Source: a bacterium
Lineage (GTDB): Bacteria > Patescibacteriota > UBA1384 > VFKW01
Length of the DNA: 64,000 nucleotides
NCBI GenBank assembly: GCA_030647355.1
Contig: JAUSIS010000006.1
Span: forward strand, 90,221-154,220
Direction: 5' to 3'
In this document: positions 36,293 through 45,913 of the stretch, piece by piece
Layout of the letters: the number at the start of each line of letters is the position of its first letter
How positions within the stretch are numbered: position 1 is the first letter of the stretch
The notes under the pieces: generated by a model
The model's database searches: none
Seen by the model: the letters and a program-made list of their open reading frames with translations, nothing else
Told to the model about the DNA's origin: nothing
Position numbers and translations under genes: made by a program

Positions 36293-38757
36293 TATCCACA
36301 CTTACTAAAGCCGCAGGAGGGGCATTTTAAGCATCCTTCACCCATTTCTAAAGTAGTGCCACATTCTGGACAGACTGGTGCATGACCATAATCAGCCATG
36401 CTTTTATGGTTGATGGCGGGAGCTTGCTTGGCCTCGACTATAGTTTCTGGTTTTGCTTCTGTAGCGGGGGCTTGAATATCTAGAGTAAGCTGGGCGTTTT
36501 TGCTTTTAAGGTGTTTTTCTAATAACTGACCGATAGCATCGGGCATGGAAAGTACCATTGAGCCGCCGCTTGCCCAAATCGGTGAGGGGCCACGGATGCC
36601 TTTAAGTTGTTCGATAATTTCTTGGGGATCGATATCCGACCTTAGGGCGAGCGAAGTTAAGCGTCCAATTGCTTCAGCTTTAGCGGCGAAGTAGCCGCCG
36701 GTTTTACCAATCGAAGCGAAAATTTCGAAAGGATTGCCGTTTTCGTCGTCGTTGATGGTGACATAGAGACTACCATACCCTGTTTTGATTTTATAGGTGA
36801 AGCCCTGAACAACTTCCGGTCTTTTGCGCGGTTGTATATATCCCTCGACGATTTGAGCGGATGGTGACGGATTGGATTTATCGCCTGCTTTTTTATCTCC
36901 GACTGTAAGGACTTGAACAGCCCGACTGCCGTCTCGGTAAATGGTAATTCCTTTGCAGTTAAGGTCGTAAGCCATCAGATAGGACTTAGCCACGTCTTCA
37001 CGTGTGGCGGAGTTGGGAAAGTTAATAGTTTTGGAAATGGCGGCATCGGTATGGCGCTGGAAAGCGGCTTGCATTTTAACATGCCACTCGGGAGCAATAT
37101 CTTGAGAAACGACAAAGACTCTTTTGATATCTTCCGGTACCTCTTCGATGTCTTTGAGTGTACCTTTATTCAACACTTTTTTGATCAACTCCTCGGAATA
37201 AAAGCCGCGCTCTTTAGCGATTTTTAGAAAATGCGGATTAACCTCGGGAAGCGGGGTGCCGTCCATGACTGTTTTGACATAGGCGAGGGCAAAAAATGGT
37301 TCAATACCGGAGGAGCAAGAAGCAATTATACTTAAGGTGCCGGTAGGATTGCAGGAGGTGGTGGCGGCATTGTGCATTTTTATGTTGAGTTTGTCCCATT
37401 TACTTCCTTTGTATGCAGGGAATGTTCCGCGAGTTTTGGCTAATTCTTGGGAGACTTTGTGCGATTCCTCTTCGACGATACCCATCGTATGTTCTGCCAT
37501 ATTTATACCCTCGTTGGAATCGTAGGCAATACCAAGCGCGTAGAGTAGATCGGCAAATCCCATAATGGTGATTCCTATCTTTCTGGTTTTGAGGGTTAGG
37601 TCTTCGATTTCTTTAATGGGATATTTATTAGCATCAATAATATTATCTAAAAAGTGGACGACCTTATAGATAGTGCGGCGTAATTTTTCTTCGTCTAGTA
37701 TTGGTTTTCCGTTTTCATCCTCCCCTACCATTTTGGCTAGATTAATAGCACCGAGATTGCAGGATTCGTAGGGCAGGAGGGGTTGCTCACCGCAAGGGTT
37801 AGTGGATTCGATTTCGCCAAGGTGAGGTACGGTATTAGCTTCATTAATATGGTCGAGAAAAATTAAACCGGGTTCACCGTTTTTCCAGGCGTAATCGGTA
37901 ATGAGATCGAAGACTTCTTTGGCTTTCAATTTGCCGGCAGTTTTTTGATTACGGGGATTAATAAGTTCATACTCTTCATTGTTTTTGAGGGCGTTCATGA
38001 ATTCTTTTGTCACACCGACTGAAATATTAAAGTTGGCAAGTGTCCCCTCTTGGGATTTGTATTTTATGAATTCAATTATATCCGGATGGTCAACGCGTAA
38101 GATTCCCATATTGGCACCGCGTCGGGAACCGCCTTGTTTTATTTGCTCAGTGGTGTCGTTGAACATTTGCATAAAACCGATTGGTCCGCAAGAAATGCCG
38201 CCAGTTGAGCCGACGATGTCGTTTTTGGGGCGAAGCCGGGAAAAACTAAAACCTGTGCCCCCGCCTGATTTATGGATAATCCCCATGTTCATTTGGGTGC
38301 GAAGGATTTCTTCCATGTCGTCTTCAACGGGTAGAACGAAGCAAGCAGAAAGCTGGCCAAGTTTTGTACCGGCGCCAGTGAAAGTGGGGCTATTTGGTAA
38401 GAATTCGAGTTTAGCCATTAATTCGAAAAATTCTCTTTCCAATTTTTTGACTCCCCGAGCGTCGGTGCCATATTTTGCATCTACTTTAGCAGTAACACTG
38501 GCGACTCGCTCAAGCATATTTTTGGGAGATTCGAGCGGATTGAGGTTCTCGTCTTTGATTACGTATCGTTTGTTGATTACCTTCAAGGCATTATCGGAAA
38601 ATATAACATTGTTGCTATAATCGGTCCGCCATCCGCCAGCCGGCGGATTGGATTTATCTTTTTGTTTTCCATTTACTTTTTTATTATTAAAAAGATTGAA
38701 GTTGTTATTTTCCGGTTGTATTTTTTCTTTAGTATCAGTTGTGCTCTTTGTGGGCAT
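36292..38757 (-). CDS. nrdJ: Adenosylcobalamin-dependent (class II) ribonucleotide reductase
   Basis: Class II RNR core blocks are present (...LSACFVLPVEDDMEEI..., ...NPCGEQPLLPYESCNLG...). A C-terminal zinc ribbon reads CPECG...CLKCPSCG. Confidence 0.9.
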   Translation of the reverse strand: MPTKSTTDTKEKIQPENNNFNLFNNKKVNGKQKDKSNPPAGGWRTDYSNNVIFSDNALKVINKRYVIKDENLNPLESPKNMLERVASVTAKVDAKYGTDARGVKKLEREFFELMAKLEFLPNSPTFTGAGTKLGQLSACFVLPVEDDMEEILRTQMNMGIIHKSGGGTGFSFSRLRPKNDIVGSTGGISCGPIGFMQMFNDTTEQIKQGGSRRGANMGILRVDHPDIIEFIKYKSQEGTLANFNISVGVTKEFMNALKNNEEYELINPRNQKTAGKLKAKEVFDLITDYAWKNGEPGLIFLDHINEANTVPHLGEIESTNPCGEQPLLPYESCNLGAINLAKMVGEDENGKPILDEEKLRRTIYKVVHFLDNIIDANKYPIKEIEDLTLKTRKIGITIMGFADLLYALGIAYDSNEGINMAEHTMGIVEEESHKVSQELAKTRGTFPAYKGSKWDKLNIKMHNAATTSCNPTGTLSIIASCSSGIEPFFALAYVKTVMDGTPLPEVNPHFLKIAKERGFYSEELIKKVLNKGTLKDIEEVPEDIKRVFVVSQDIAPEWHVKMQAAFQRHTDAAISKTINFPNSATREDVAKSYLMAYDLNCKGITIYRDGSRAVQVLTVGDKKAGDKSNPSPSAQIVEGYIQPRKRPEVVQGFTYKIKTGYGSLYVTINDDENGNPFEIFASIGKTGGYFAAKAEAIGRLTSLALRSDIDPQEIIEQLKGIRGPSPIWASGGSMVLSMPDAIGQLLEKHLKSKNAQLTLDIQAPATEAKPETIVEAKQAPAINHKSMADYGHAPVCPECGTTLEMGEGCLKCPSCGFSKCG

Positions 38758-38783
38758 TTATCCTCCTTGTAAGTTTTTTTAAA

Positions 38784-39236
38784 TTATTTTCTCGGTTTTT
38801 TAAGTTGCTTTAGGGCTTGTTCGTACGCGCCCAGGTTATCAAACGATTGATAGACTGATGCAAAGCGAATGTATGCTACCGGATCAAGTTTTTTGAGTTG
38901 TTTCATTACTAATTCGCCTATATGAACTGACGGTATTTCGCTTTGAAGCTGTTCGGATAATTCTTTTTCTATTATGTGAGTAATATTTTCGGTGGTTTCT
39001 TTTGAGATTGGTCTTTTCTCGCAGGCTTTATTGATGCCGTTTAGTATTTTGTTACGGTCAAATGTTTCACGGCGACCATCCTTTTTGATGACCGAAAAGC
39101 GTCGAATCTCGATGCGCTCAAAGGTCGTGAACCGAAAGCCGCAAGAAAGGCATTCGCGGCGGCGGCGAATTGCTCGTCCGGCGTCGCGGGTATCAGTGAC
39201 TTGTGTTTCGTCCTTCTCACAGCTGGGGCAGTACAT
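38784..39236 (-). CDS. nrdR: Transcriptional repressor NrdR
   Basis: The likely start is at MYCPSC (SD GGAGG 7 nt upstream). A zinc ribbon C..C...C..C and an ATP-cone follow. Confidence 0.85.
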   Translation of the reverse strand: MYCPSCEKDETQVTDTRDAGRAIRRRRECLSCGFRFTTFERIEIRRFSVIKKDGRRETFDRNKILNGINKACEKRPISKETTENITHIIEKELSEQLQSEIPSVHIGELVMKQLKKLDPVAYIRFASVYQSFDNLGAYEQALKQLKKPRK

Positions 39237-39324
39237 GGGCGACCTCCGGTCGCAATTTTCAATCTCCAAGCACTAACATCGCTATATCTTTATATATGGT
39301 CGGACTTGGTTTTTGAGAGCTGCG

Positions 39325-39373
39325 TACTACATTTAGTGTGCCTTACTCACAATAGAGTCTATATATAGTGTGT
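39325..39373 (-). promoter_or_regulatory. Tandem NrdR boxes upstream of nrdR-nrdJ
   Basis: Two near-palindromic 16-mers, gtactacatttagtgt (39325-39340) and agtctatatatagtgt (39358-39373), are centred 33 bp apart. They resemble the published NrdR-box palindrome acaCwAtATaTwGtgt and overlap a TTGACA at 39372-39377 on the minus strand. Confidence 0.55.
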
Positions 39374-39555
39374 GTCAAGCTGGGGACAACTTTTGCTAAG
39401 AAGGTGTTAATTCTTACAGTGTCATTAATATACAGAACAAAAACCGAATCCGCCAGCTGGCGGATCAAGTATGGATAACTTTATGAGTTTGTGGAAAACC
39501 AAACAAATACCGAATATTGAGTTGGTTGTGCTGAATGGTTAATTTATCGTATGAA

Positions 39556-39590
39556 AAAAGCCCCGCTCTTTCTCGGAAAGGTCGGGGCGT
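39556..39590 (-). terminator. Intrinsic terminator (minus strand) after the interrupted ORF
   Basis: In minus sense the sequence is gccccgacc-uuuccgagaaagag-cggggc followed by uuuuuu. Confidence 0.6.
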
Positions 39591-39598
39591 TGGAATGG

Positions 39599-40026
39599 CT
39601 AGTCTAGTCTGTTGGGAAGCGGAGCGCCCGAGAGGAAATGCTCGTAAACCATCATGGTATCGAGCTCCTTGTTGGTAAACTGATCGTCGGCTCCGTCCCT
39701 AGTTATACTGGCTATGGTGAGTGCTGCTTCTTCAAAGTTTGTCTCGTGGCCGATGACCCAGCGGAGGTATCGAGCAGTTCGAGTGATTGCCCTCAGATCG
39801 AGAGGGGTGTAGTAGAAATCCTCCCGGAAGGCAAGATGCCACTTATGCCAGTAGCAACGATTGTGGATAGCCAGTGCTACTGCTCCGGTTATTAGGGTGG
39901 TAATTCCTGCCCGTATGGCAGCTTCTTTTATAGCTGCGGGCGATGCGTGGTGGTTGAGGATGATAGTCAGCGTGACTATGCCGAGTATCGTGGTGCAGTA
40001 GAGTCAGAAGATTGGCAGAATGCCCA
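39599..40026 (-). pseudogene. GC-rich membrane-protein gene interrupted by an in-frame TGA (nonsense codon at 40003-40005)
   Basis: On the minus strand an ATG follows an SD-like GAGAAGA, giving MGILPIF-TGA-LYCTTILGIVTLTIILNHH...(135 more codons)...PNRLD*. The downstream ~135 codons contain no ATG/GTG/TTG, so they are not a stand-alone ORF. The gene has its own terminator. TGA is an ordinary stop in neighbouring genes. Confidence 0.45.
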
Positions 40027-40217
40027 TATTCTTCTCGGGGTAGATATGCTTTTTGGGACTGATGGTATATGCAAAATCATTCAAAGTCGGATTGCCTCCC
40101 GGAAGTAGTAGTCCATCAAGACGATAGACATTGTATAGTTGATATAGTAGCACTTTAGGGGTTTTCAGTCAACCAAAAATCAGCTCTCTGTCTAGTGGAG
40201 CGGGTTTTTGGTATGGA

Positions 40218-40802
40218 TTAATTTTTTCTACAATGAGGGGTCCAATGACTCCACCACCATTTATGGGGGTCTTGAGTTTTTATTTCCTCGGCAATTTTTT
40301 TAGCAGAAACGGTAATTAGTCCTTTTTCCTGGTGGATTAGCCATCGGCAGGCTTCTTTATTGCCCTGTAATTCATATTCTCTGAGTAGAAGTAATTCGTC
40401 GAGTATATCTGCGTCTTTGGCGATTTTTGATTCCAGAGTAATTCTCTGGCTGTATTCAAAAATATTATTAATAATTTCTGTAAATACTGGTGGACATTTA
40501 AATTGGTCGTTAATAATATCTTCATCAAATTTTTTAATATAGCGTTTATTTAGCCAGTTTTGATCACCCGAGCGTGATTCTTCAAAATCATGAAAGAGAC
40601 AAATTTTAATAACTTTATTTACATCAGCTTTTTCTAGTTGAGCCAAAAAATAGCCAATTATAGTTGTTCGGTAGGAATGACTGGCGGTATTGTCAGAGAG
40701 ATCATTGGTCAATAGAAACTGTCGGTGGGCGCGAGAGATTTTACGTAAACTTCCTGCCTCATATAGCAGGGAAACGATTTTCTCAAGATGTTTTTTAGTC
40801 AT
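40218..40802 (-). CDS. HD-domain phosphohydrolase (YfbR/HD_3-like)
   Basis: The metal-binding residues H..., HD (CLFHDFEESRSGD) and D (AKDADILDELL) are all present. Confidence 0.8.
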   Translation of the reverse strand: MTKKHLEKIVSLLYEAGSLRKISRAHRQFLLTNDLSDNTASHSYRTTIIGYFLAQLEKADVNKVIKICLFHDFEESRSGDQNWLNKRYIKKFDEDIINDQFKCPPVFTEIINNIFEYSQRITLESKIAKDADILDELLLLREYELQGNKEACRWLIHQEKGLITVSAKKIAEEIKTQDPHKWWWSHWTPHCRKN

Positions 40803-40810
40803 AGATTATT

Positions 40811-41980
40811 TTATCTTAGTTTTCGGCGGATGAAAGCGGGAACGTCTAGTTGGTCATCATTGTCATCGTCTTTTTTGCTCTCGGATTCGTCCTCTTCCGG
40901 TTTGAGATCTATCATGGGCTCGGTAGGTTGATTGAATCCGGTTGTAAACGGAGAACGCGGAATACCCATGCTGCTGACTGACGGTTCTTCGCTGTGGACT
41001 GGAGGAGGTGTGACCGGTTTCTTCTTTCCCTCGCCTTCAAAGCCGGTAGCGATGACGGTGATTTTTATTTCGCCGGACATTGCATCGTCAATTAAGGCGC
41101 CGAATATGATATTAGCATCAGGATCAGCGGCTTCGGTTATGGCTTTGGCTGCTTCATCAACTTCATACATTCCCATGTCAGGACCACCAGTAACGTTGAA
41201 CAAAACGCCTTTGGCGCCATCAATGGAAAGTTCCAGAAGTGGGCTATCTATTGCGGCGCGAGCGGCTTCAACGGCTCGATTATCTCCAGAGGCGCGGCCA
41301 ATGCCCATAAGGGCAGAGCCGGCTTCGGACATGATTGTTCTGACATCGGCAAAGTCTACATTAATTACACCATGCAGGGTGATCAGATCTGAAATTCCTT
41401 GGACGCCTTGCCTTAGAATTTCATCTACAATGCTAAAGGCATCGGAAAGTGATGTCTTTTTATCTATGACCTGGAGCAAACGATCGTTGGGGATAACTAT
41501 TAGGGTGTCAACTTTTTCTTTTAGTTCATCTATGCCAAGTTCGGCGACTTTTTTGCGGCGTAAACCTTCGAAGCTGAAAGGTTTTGTCACAACGCCGACT
41601 GTCAGAGAGCCGAGTTCTCTGGCGATTTGAGCGACAACCGGTGCGGCGCCGGTACCAGTGCCACCTCCCATGCCGCATGTAACAAAAACCATGTCCGCAC
41701 CCTTGAGGACTTCATAAACTTCGTCCTTATCTTCTTCAATGGCTTTTCGTCCTTTATCAATATCGGCTCCAGCGCCAAGTCCGCGTGTGGTTTCTTTGCC
41801 GATCTGGACTTTTATTGGAGCTTCGTTATGCAAAAGAGCTTGAGCATCGCTATTTATGGCGATAAATTCTACACCTTTGACTTTGGCGGCGATCATTCGG
41901 TTCAGGGCATTATTTCCAGAGCCACCAACCCCACAAACTTTGATTGTTGCGAATGTTTCAAGTTGCGCGCTTTTTTCCAT
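40811..41980 (-). CDS. ftsZ: Cell division GTPase FtsZ
   Basis: The motifs GVGGSGNNA and [13 protein letters not shown] are present. The C-terminal tail is acidic with ...DVPAFIRRK. Confidence 0.95.
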   Translation of the reverse strand: MEKSAQLETFATIKVCGVGGSGNNALNRMIAAKVKGVEFIAINSDAQALLHNEAPIKVQIGKETTRGLGAGADIDKGRKAIEEDKDEVYEVLKGADMVFVTCGMGGGTGTGAAPVVAQIARELGSLTVGVVTKPFSFEGLRRKKVAELGIDELKEKVDTLIVIPNDRLLQVIDKKTSLSDAFSIVDEILRQGVQGISDLITLHGVINVDFADVRTIMSEAGSALMGIGRASGDNRAVEAARAAIDSPLLELSIDGAKGVLFNVTGGPDMGMYEVDEAAKAITEAADPDANIIFGALIDDAMSGEIKITVIATGFEGEGKKKPVTPPPVHSEEPSVSSMGIPRSPFTTGFNQPTEPMIDLKPEEDESESKKDDDNDDQLDVPAFIRRKLR

Positions 41981-41992
41981 TAACCCTCATTT

Positions 41993-43228
41993 CTACGCCG
42001 AAAATTGGCGGAATATTCCCTTCACTTTATCGAATACCCCTCCCATTTTTCCAATGTCGAATTTGGATTGACTTAGGTCGTTGTAGTGGTTCATTCCCCA
42101 TAACATCAGACCCACACTGGTAGAATACATGGGATTATCTAGCTTGTCAATCATTCCGGAAATTTCCATGTGAGGATAGCCAATTTGTGCCGGCAATCTT
42201 AATTCTTCCTTGGCGGCTTCAAGGAGCCCTTGGATTTTACTGCCCCCACCGGTAAAGACAATGCCGGCAGGCAGCATGCCGTCTTTGCCGACTTTTTTTA
42301 ACTCGGAACGTACCATAGCAAAGATTTCACTCAAGCGTGCCTCAACAATCTCGGCAATATATTTTTTTGATATTTTTTCTTCTTCTGAAGAGTCAAAGTC
42401 TTTAAGATCAACCATTTCGGTTTCTTTAAATTTAGTTGGTGTAGCACTGCCGTATTTGATTTTTATCTTCTCGGCGACATCCAAGCTGGTACGTAAGCCG
42501 ATAGCAATATCATTAGTGATGTGAAGACTGCCAATACTAAGTATTCCCGCATAGAGAAGATCGCCGTCTTCGAAGATAGCTACGCTGGTAGTGGAGGCTC
42601 CGATGTCAACCAGGGCGACTCCGGCTTCTTTTTGTTTTTTAGTTAAAATGGCGTAAGAGCTTGCTAGGGGCGAAAAAGTCAGATCGGAAATGCCAAGACT
42701 GGATTGCTCAATACATTTGGATAATGTTTTAATAGCGGGGATAGATGCTCCTATGACATGGGCTTCTACTTCAAGGCGTATGCCAGTCATGCCGATCGGG
42801 TCATTGATGTCTGTTTGCCCATCTATGATAAACGAACGAGGGATAACATCAATTATTTGATAATTTGGGGGTAGAGCGATAGCTCGGGCTGCTTCAATAA
42901 CACGCTGAACGTCCGTTTCGGTTATTTCGCCATCGGCACGGGAAATTGCTATGACACCTTTGGATATAGTGCAGGTGATTTGCGGGTTTGAGATACCGAC
43001 GAAAGCGTCGGTAATAGGAGAGCCGCTCATTCTTTCGGCTTCTTCTAGGGCGGCGGTGACCGCACTAACTGTCTCTTCGATGTCAATAATGATGCCTTTA
43101 CGTACTCCACTGGCGGGCGAGCTGCCAAAGCCGATAATATTGATTATTCCTTCTTGAATTGTGCCAGCGCAAACTGCAACTTTGGTTGTGCCGATGTCGA
43201 GCCCTACGGTTACTTGTAATTTTTGCAT
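41993..43228 (-). CDS. ftsA: Cell division protein FtsA
   Basis: Actin-like ATPase fold (VGLDIGTTKV..., ...VDIGASTTSVAIF...). It sits immediately upstream of ftsZ. Confidence 0.9.
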   Translation of the reverse strand: MQKLQVTVGLDIGTTKVAVCAGTIQEGIINIIGFGSSPASGVRKGIIIDIEETVSAVTAALEEAERMSGSPITDAFVGISNPQITCTISKGVIAISRADGEITETDVQRVIEAARAIALPPNYQIIDVIPRSFIIDGQTDINDPIGMTGIRLEVEAHVIGASIPAIKTLSKCIEQSSLGISDLTFSPLASSYAILTKKQKEAGVALVDIGASTTSVAIFEDGDLLYAGILSIGSLHITNDIAIGLRTSLDVAEKIKIKYGSATPTKFKETEMVDLKDFDSSEEEKISKKYIAEIVEARLSEIFAMVRSELKKVGKDGMLPAGIVFTGGGSKIQGLLEAAKEELRLPAQIGYPHMEISGMIDKLDNPMYSTSVGLMLWGMNHYNDLSQSKFDIGKMGGVFDKVKGIFRQFSA

Positions 43229-43315
43229 AAATATCCCTCCAGAGAAATTCTAAATCCGAAATCCTAAACTCAAAACGAATTTTAGGGTTTAGAAATTTGT
43301 ATTTAGAATTTTAAA

Positions 43316-43729
43316 TTACTTATGATGGAAACCTACCAAGTGTCTTAGTCCGTGCTGAAATAAATTGTTAATTTCTTTGTTGATGGTAATGTTGTTTTCT
43401 TTCGCTTGTCGTATTGCGGCAGGATAGCAGATAGCTATATCTCCCAGAAGTAGAGGTATATCGGTAGGCGAAGGAAAGGTTTTGCGAGTCTTACGACCTT
43501 TTTCTATCTGACTAAGGGGAAAACTTAGAACATCAGTTACACTATCAATACTGCGATATTTATTATTTAATCTACGCATAAATATACTACCGCAAAAAAT
43601 TAGGTCTAGCTCCACTATACCGCTTAACTTTGTATCTTGCAAGATAGATTGGGCGGTTTTTGTAAAAACAGCCTTGACGATCTTGTATTTCGTCAAATTA
43701 CTAATATTAATAATTACTTTGAGGTTCAT
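43316..43729 (-). CDS. ybeY: rRNA maturation RNase YbeY
   Basis: SVTDVLSFPL is conserved, and the zinc-binding motif HGLRHLVGFHHK (H..HL.G..H) is present. The likely start is MNLKV; the listed longer ORF overlaps the upstream gene. Confidence 0.8.
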   Translation of the reverse strand: MNLKVIINISNLTKYKIVKAVFTKTAQSILQDTKLSGIVELDLIFCGSIFMRRLNNKYRSIDSVTDVLSFPLSQIEKGRKTRKTFPSPTDIPLLLGDIAICYPAAIRQAKENNITINKEINNLFQHGLRHLVGFHHK

Positions 43730-43733
43730 AGAA

Positions 43734-44654
43734 TTATTTAGTATTTTCTTTGGGGTACTGGATTCGCTGATGAAATATAGCATTTAAACTCTCAATGAAT
43801 GAGCGGCGAAGTTTAGAGATTTGTTTCGCAGATAGGGCGGCGTTATCTAGTTGGCCTTCATTAGTTTTTTGCTCAATAGCTTGGTTGACGATTTCTCGTA
43901 TATCGGTGAGGGTCGGATCAGATTCCGAGCGGACTGCTGCTTCTAAAGTGTCTGCTAACATGACGATAGCTATTTCTGCAGACTGAGGTTTGGGTCCTGG
44001 ATATTTGAAATCGGCTTTTTTGGTCTTTTGACTGTCTTGCTTACTCTTTTCGTAAAAATAAGATACCGTTGAGGTCCCATGGTGTTGTTGGATGAAGTTA
44101 ATGACTTCTTGGGGTAGATGGTTTTCTTTGGCGATCTCGACGCCATTTGTAACATGATTGATAATTATTTGGGCGCTTTCCTCGGGGTTTTCAATCTGAT
44201 CATGGATATTTTGGGAAGAAGATTGGTTTTCGACAAAAAAATCAGGCTGGACAATTTTTCCTATGTCGTGGTAATATGCTCCAACTCGCGTAAGAAGGGA
44301 ATCGGCATTAATTGTCTTGGCGGCGCGAGAAGAAATATTGGCGACCGTTAAAGTGTGATGATAAGTGCCGGGTGCTTCGTGAGAAAAGCGAACCATAAGT
44401 GGATGGCTTAAGCTTTCCAATCGAAGAAGGCGGCGGAATGTTGTGAGATACTCGCGGAAGATCGGTGATGAGGAGACGATAAAGTAAGCAATTAGTCCTC
44501 CGGATAAAATGGCGGGGAAAACAATTAAAATAATTCTTGTTGTTATGTTTTCAACTAGAAATAGATTTATTGCAAAAGCAATAGAGTAAAAGACGAGATT
44601 AATACCTGTGATTATAGCTGTTAAGATTAGCCCATAACGCAGAGTTTTATTCAT
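43734..44654 (-). CDS. Membrane-anchored HD/HDIG-domain protein (PgpH/YqfF-like)
   Basis: N-terminal TM helices are followed by the HD motifs HTLTVANIS..., YYHDIGK and QQHHGTS. The gene order PgpH-like then YbeY is as in Firmicutes. Confidence 0.7.
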   Translation of the reverse strand: MNKTLRYGLILTAIITGINLVFYSIAFAINLFLVENITTRIILIVFPAILSGGLIAYFIVSSSPIFREYLTTFRRLLRLESLSHPLMVRFSHEAPGTYHHTLTVANISSRAAKTINADSLLTRVGAYYHDIGKIVQPDFFVENQSSSQNIHDQIENPEESAQIIINHVTNGVEIAKENHLPQEVINFIQQHHGTSTVSYFYEKSKQDSQKTKKADFKYPGPKPQSAEIAIVMLADTLEAAVRSESDPTLTDIREIVNQAIEQKTNEGQLDNAALSAKQISKLRRSFIESLNAIFHQRIQYPKENTK

Positions 44655-45093
44655 GACTCAAAAGCTCCTTAGTTAGCTTAGAGACTCGGGATCCGTCCGC
44701 TTTACCTTGAACTTGGGGCATAACTTGGCTCATTATCTTACCCATATCTTTCATCTCTGTGGCGCCGGTATTTTTAATAGCTTGGTCTATAATTTCTTTT
44801 AACTGGTCGTCTGTAAGTTGTGCGGGCAGATAGACTTCGATAATAGATATCTCTTGTTCTTCTTTAGCGGCTAGTTCGGGGCGAGTTGAGCGGTATTGTA
44901 GGACGGCATCTTTTCTTTGCCTAATTTCTTTTTGTATTACCGAAACAATTTCTTGTTCGGTTAGTTCAGCTTGTTTTTGTATAGAGGCGTTTTTGAATGC
45001 GGATTTTAAATACCTAAGAGTATCTCGGACTTGCTCATTTTTTTCTTTTTGAGCTTGAATGAGATCGCTATCAATTTTATTTTGCAGGTCCAT
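44647..45093 (-). CDS. GatB/YqeY-domain protein
   Basis: 148 aa with a YqeY-like helical pattern (...LKSAFKNASIQKQAELTEQEIVSVIQKEIRQRKDA...). Confidence 0.75.
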   Translation of the reverse strand: MDLQNKIDSDLIQAQKEKNEQVRDTLRYLKSAFKNASIQKQAELTEQEIVSVIQKEIRQRKDAVLQYRSTRPELAAKEEQEISIIEVYLPAQLTDDQLKEIIDQAIKNTGATEMKDMGKIMSQVMPQVQGKADGSRVSKLTKELLSHE

Positions 45094-45169
45094 GTAACTC
45101 CTTAGGAATTATTTTCGATCCTCAATTTTTTAACTGCGAAAATTTCCTCCGAGAATATAGAAGGGTAAA

Positions 45170-45370
45170 TTAATAACCTTGTTTGATTTTCTTTCTAATT
45201 GCCTTGCGGCGAGCAGTTTCTCGTTTTTTTACACGAGAGGCATCTTTTGTGAAATATCTTCTTTTTTTAATTTCAGTTAAAACTCCGCTTTGCTGAACAT
45301 CGCGGAAGAAACGGCGAAGAAGGACTTCGAATCCTTCTTTATCTTTTCTTTTGACCTCCACTACAATCAC
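45170..45370 (-). CDS. rpsU: 30S ribosomal protein S21
   Basis: MIVVEVKRKDKEGFEVLLRRFFRDVQQSGVLTEIKKRRYFTKDASRVKKRETARRK is the classic S21 sequence. Confidence 0.9.
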   Translation of the reverse strand: MIVVEVKRKDKEGFEVLLRRFFRDVQQSGVLTEIKKRRYFTKDASRVKKRETARRKAIRKKIKQGY

Positions 45371-45442
45371 CTGCCTTTCAGATACCTACAATTGTAGGTT
45401 TGTTTACTATAGTTTAGCAGATTTCCAGATGTTTGTCCAGTT

Positions 45443-45892
45443 TTAACAGTGGAGGTTTTTCCAGTTAGTTTTCAACCATTTTTTGTGGACATTAAGCTGA
45501 TCCTTGAGCCCCCTTTTGATGAGTTCTTTTGTGACTATGCTGCCGGAATGGGGATATCTATAGAGTTGCGGATGGGGCGAAGAGAACCCATGGGCATAAT
45601 GCACAAGTTCGTGGGCGATAGTGATATCAATTACTTCGTTGGGTATTTGGGGATTTTTGAATAGACTGTTCATGGTGATGATAGAGAATGATTCCGGTAG
45701 CCACCAAGAAGGTTTGGGGAATCTGCCGGGTTTTCTAAAAAGTCGCTTTGGTCCTTTGGCGACTATTGAACCAAGTTGATTTCGGTTGGCTCTACCAAAA
45801 CGGATATAGACCCGGTTGATTTTTTCGATGTCTTGGAAGTGTTTCTTCCAGATTTCATAAAGGCGATCTTCGAGCCATTTGTTGTCTCTCAT
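45443..45892 (-). CDS. DUF45/YgjP-like (SprT/M48-related) HExxH metal-dependent hydrolase
   Basis: ...GRANRNQLGSI..., ...IDITIAHELVHYAHGFSS... and ...HKKWLK follow the YgjP-family order. Confidence 0.5.
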   Translation of the reverse strand: MRDNKWLEDRLYEIWKKHFQDIEKINRVYIRFGRANRNQLGSIVAKGPKRLFRKPGRFPKPSWWLPESFSIITMNSLFKNPQIPNEVIDITIAHELVHYAHGFSSPHPQLYRYPHSGSIVTKELIKRGLKDQLNVHKKWLKTNWKNLHC

Positions 45893-45913
45893 AGGTTTGT
45901 TATAGAGGATTTG

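Noticed and set aside
39638-39895. 85-aa plus-strand ORF in a GC-rich patch
   Set aside because: It is antisense to the much longer minus-strand frame that has its own SD and terminator. It is treated as a GC-rich-DNA artefact.
40932-41983. Two long plus-strand ORFs (232 and 118 aa)
   Set aside because: They are antisense to ftsZ. Their Ala/Ser/Pro-rich translations are typical of GC-rich antisense frames.
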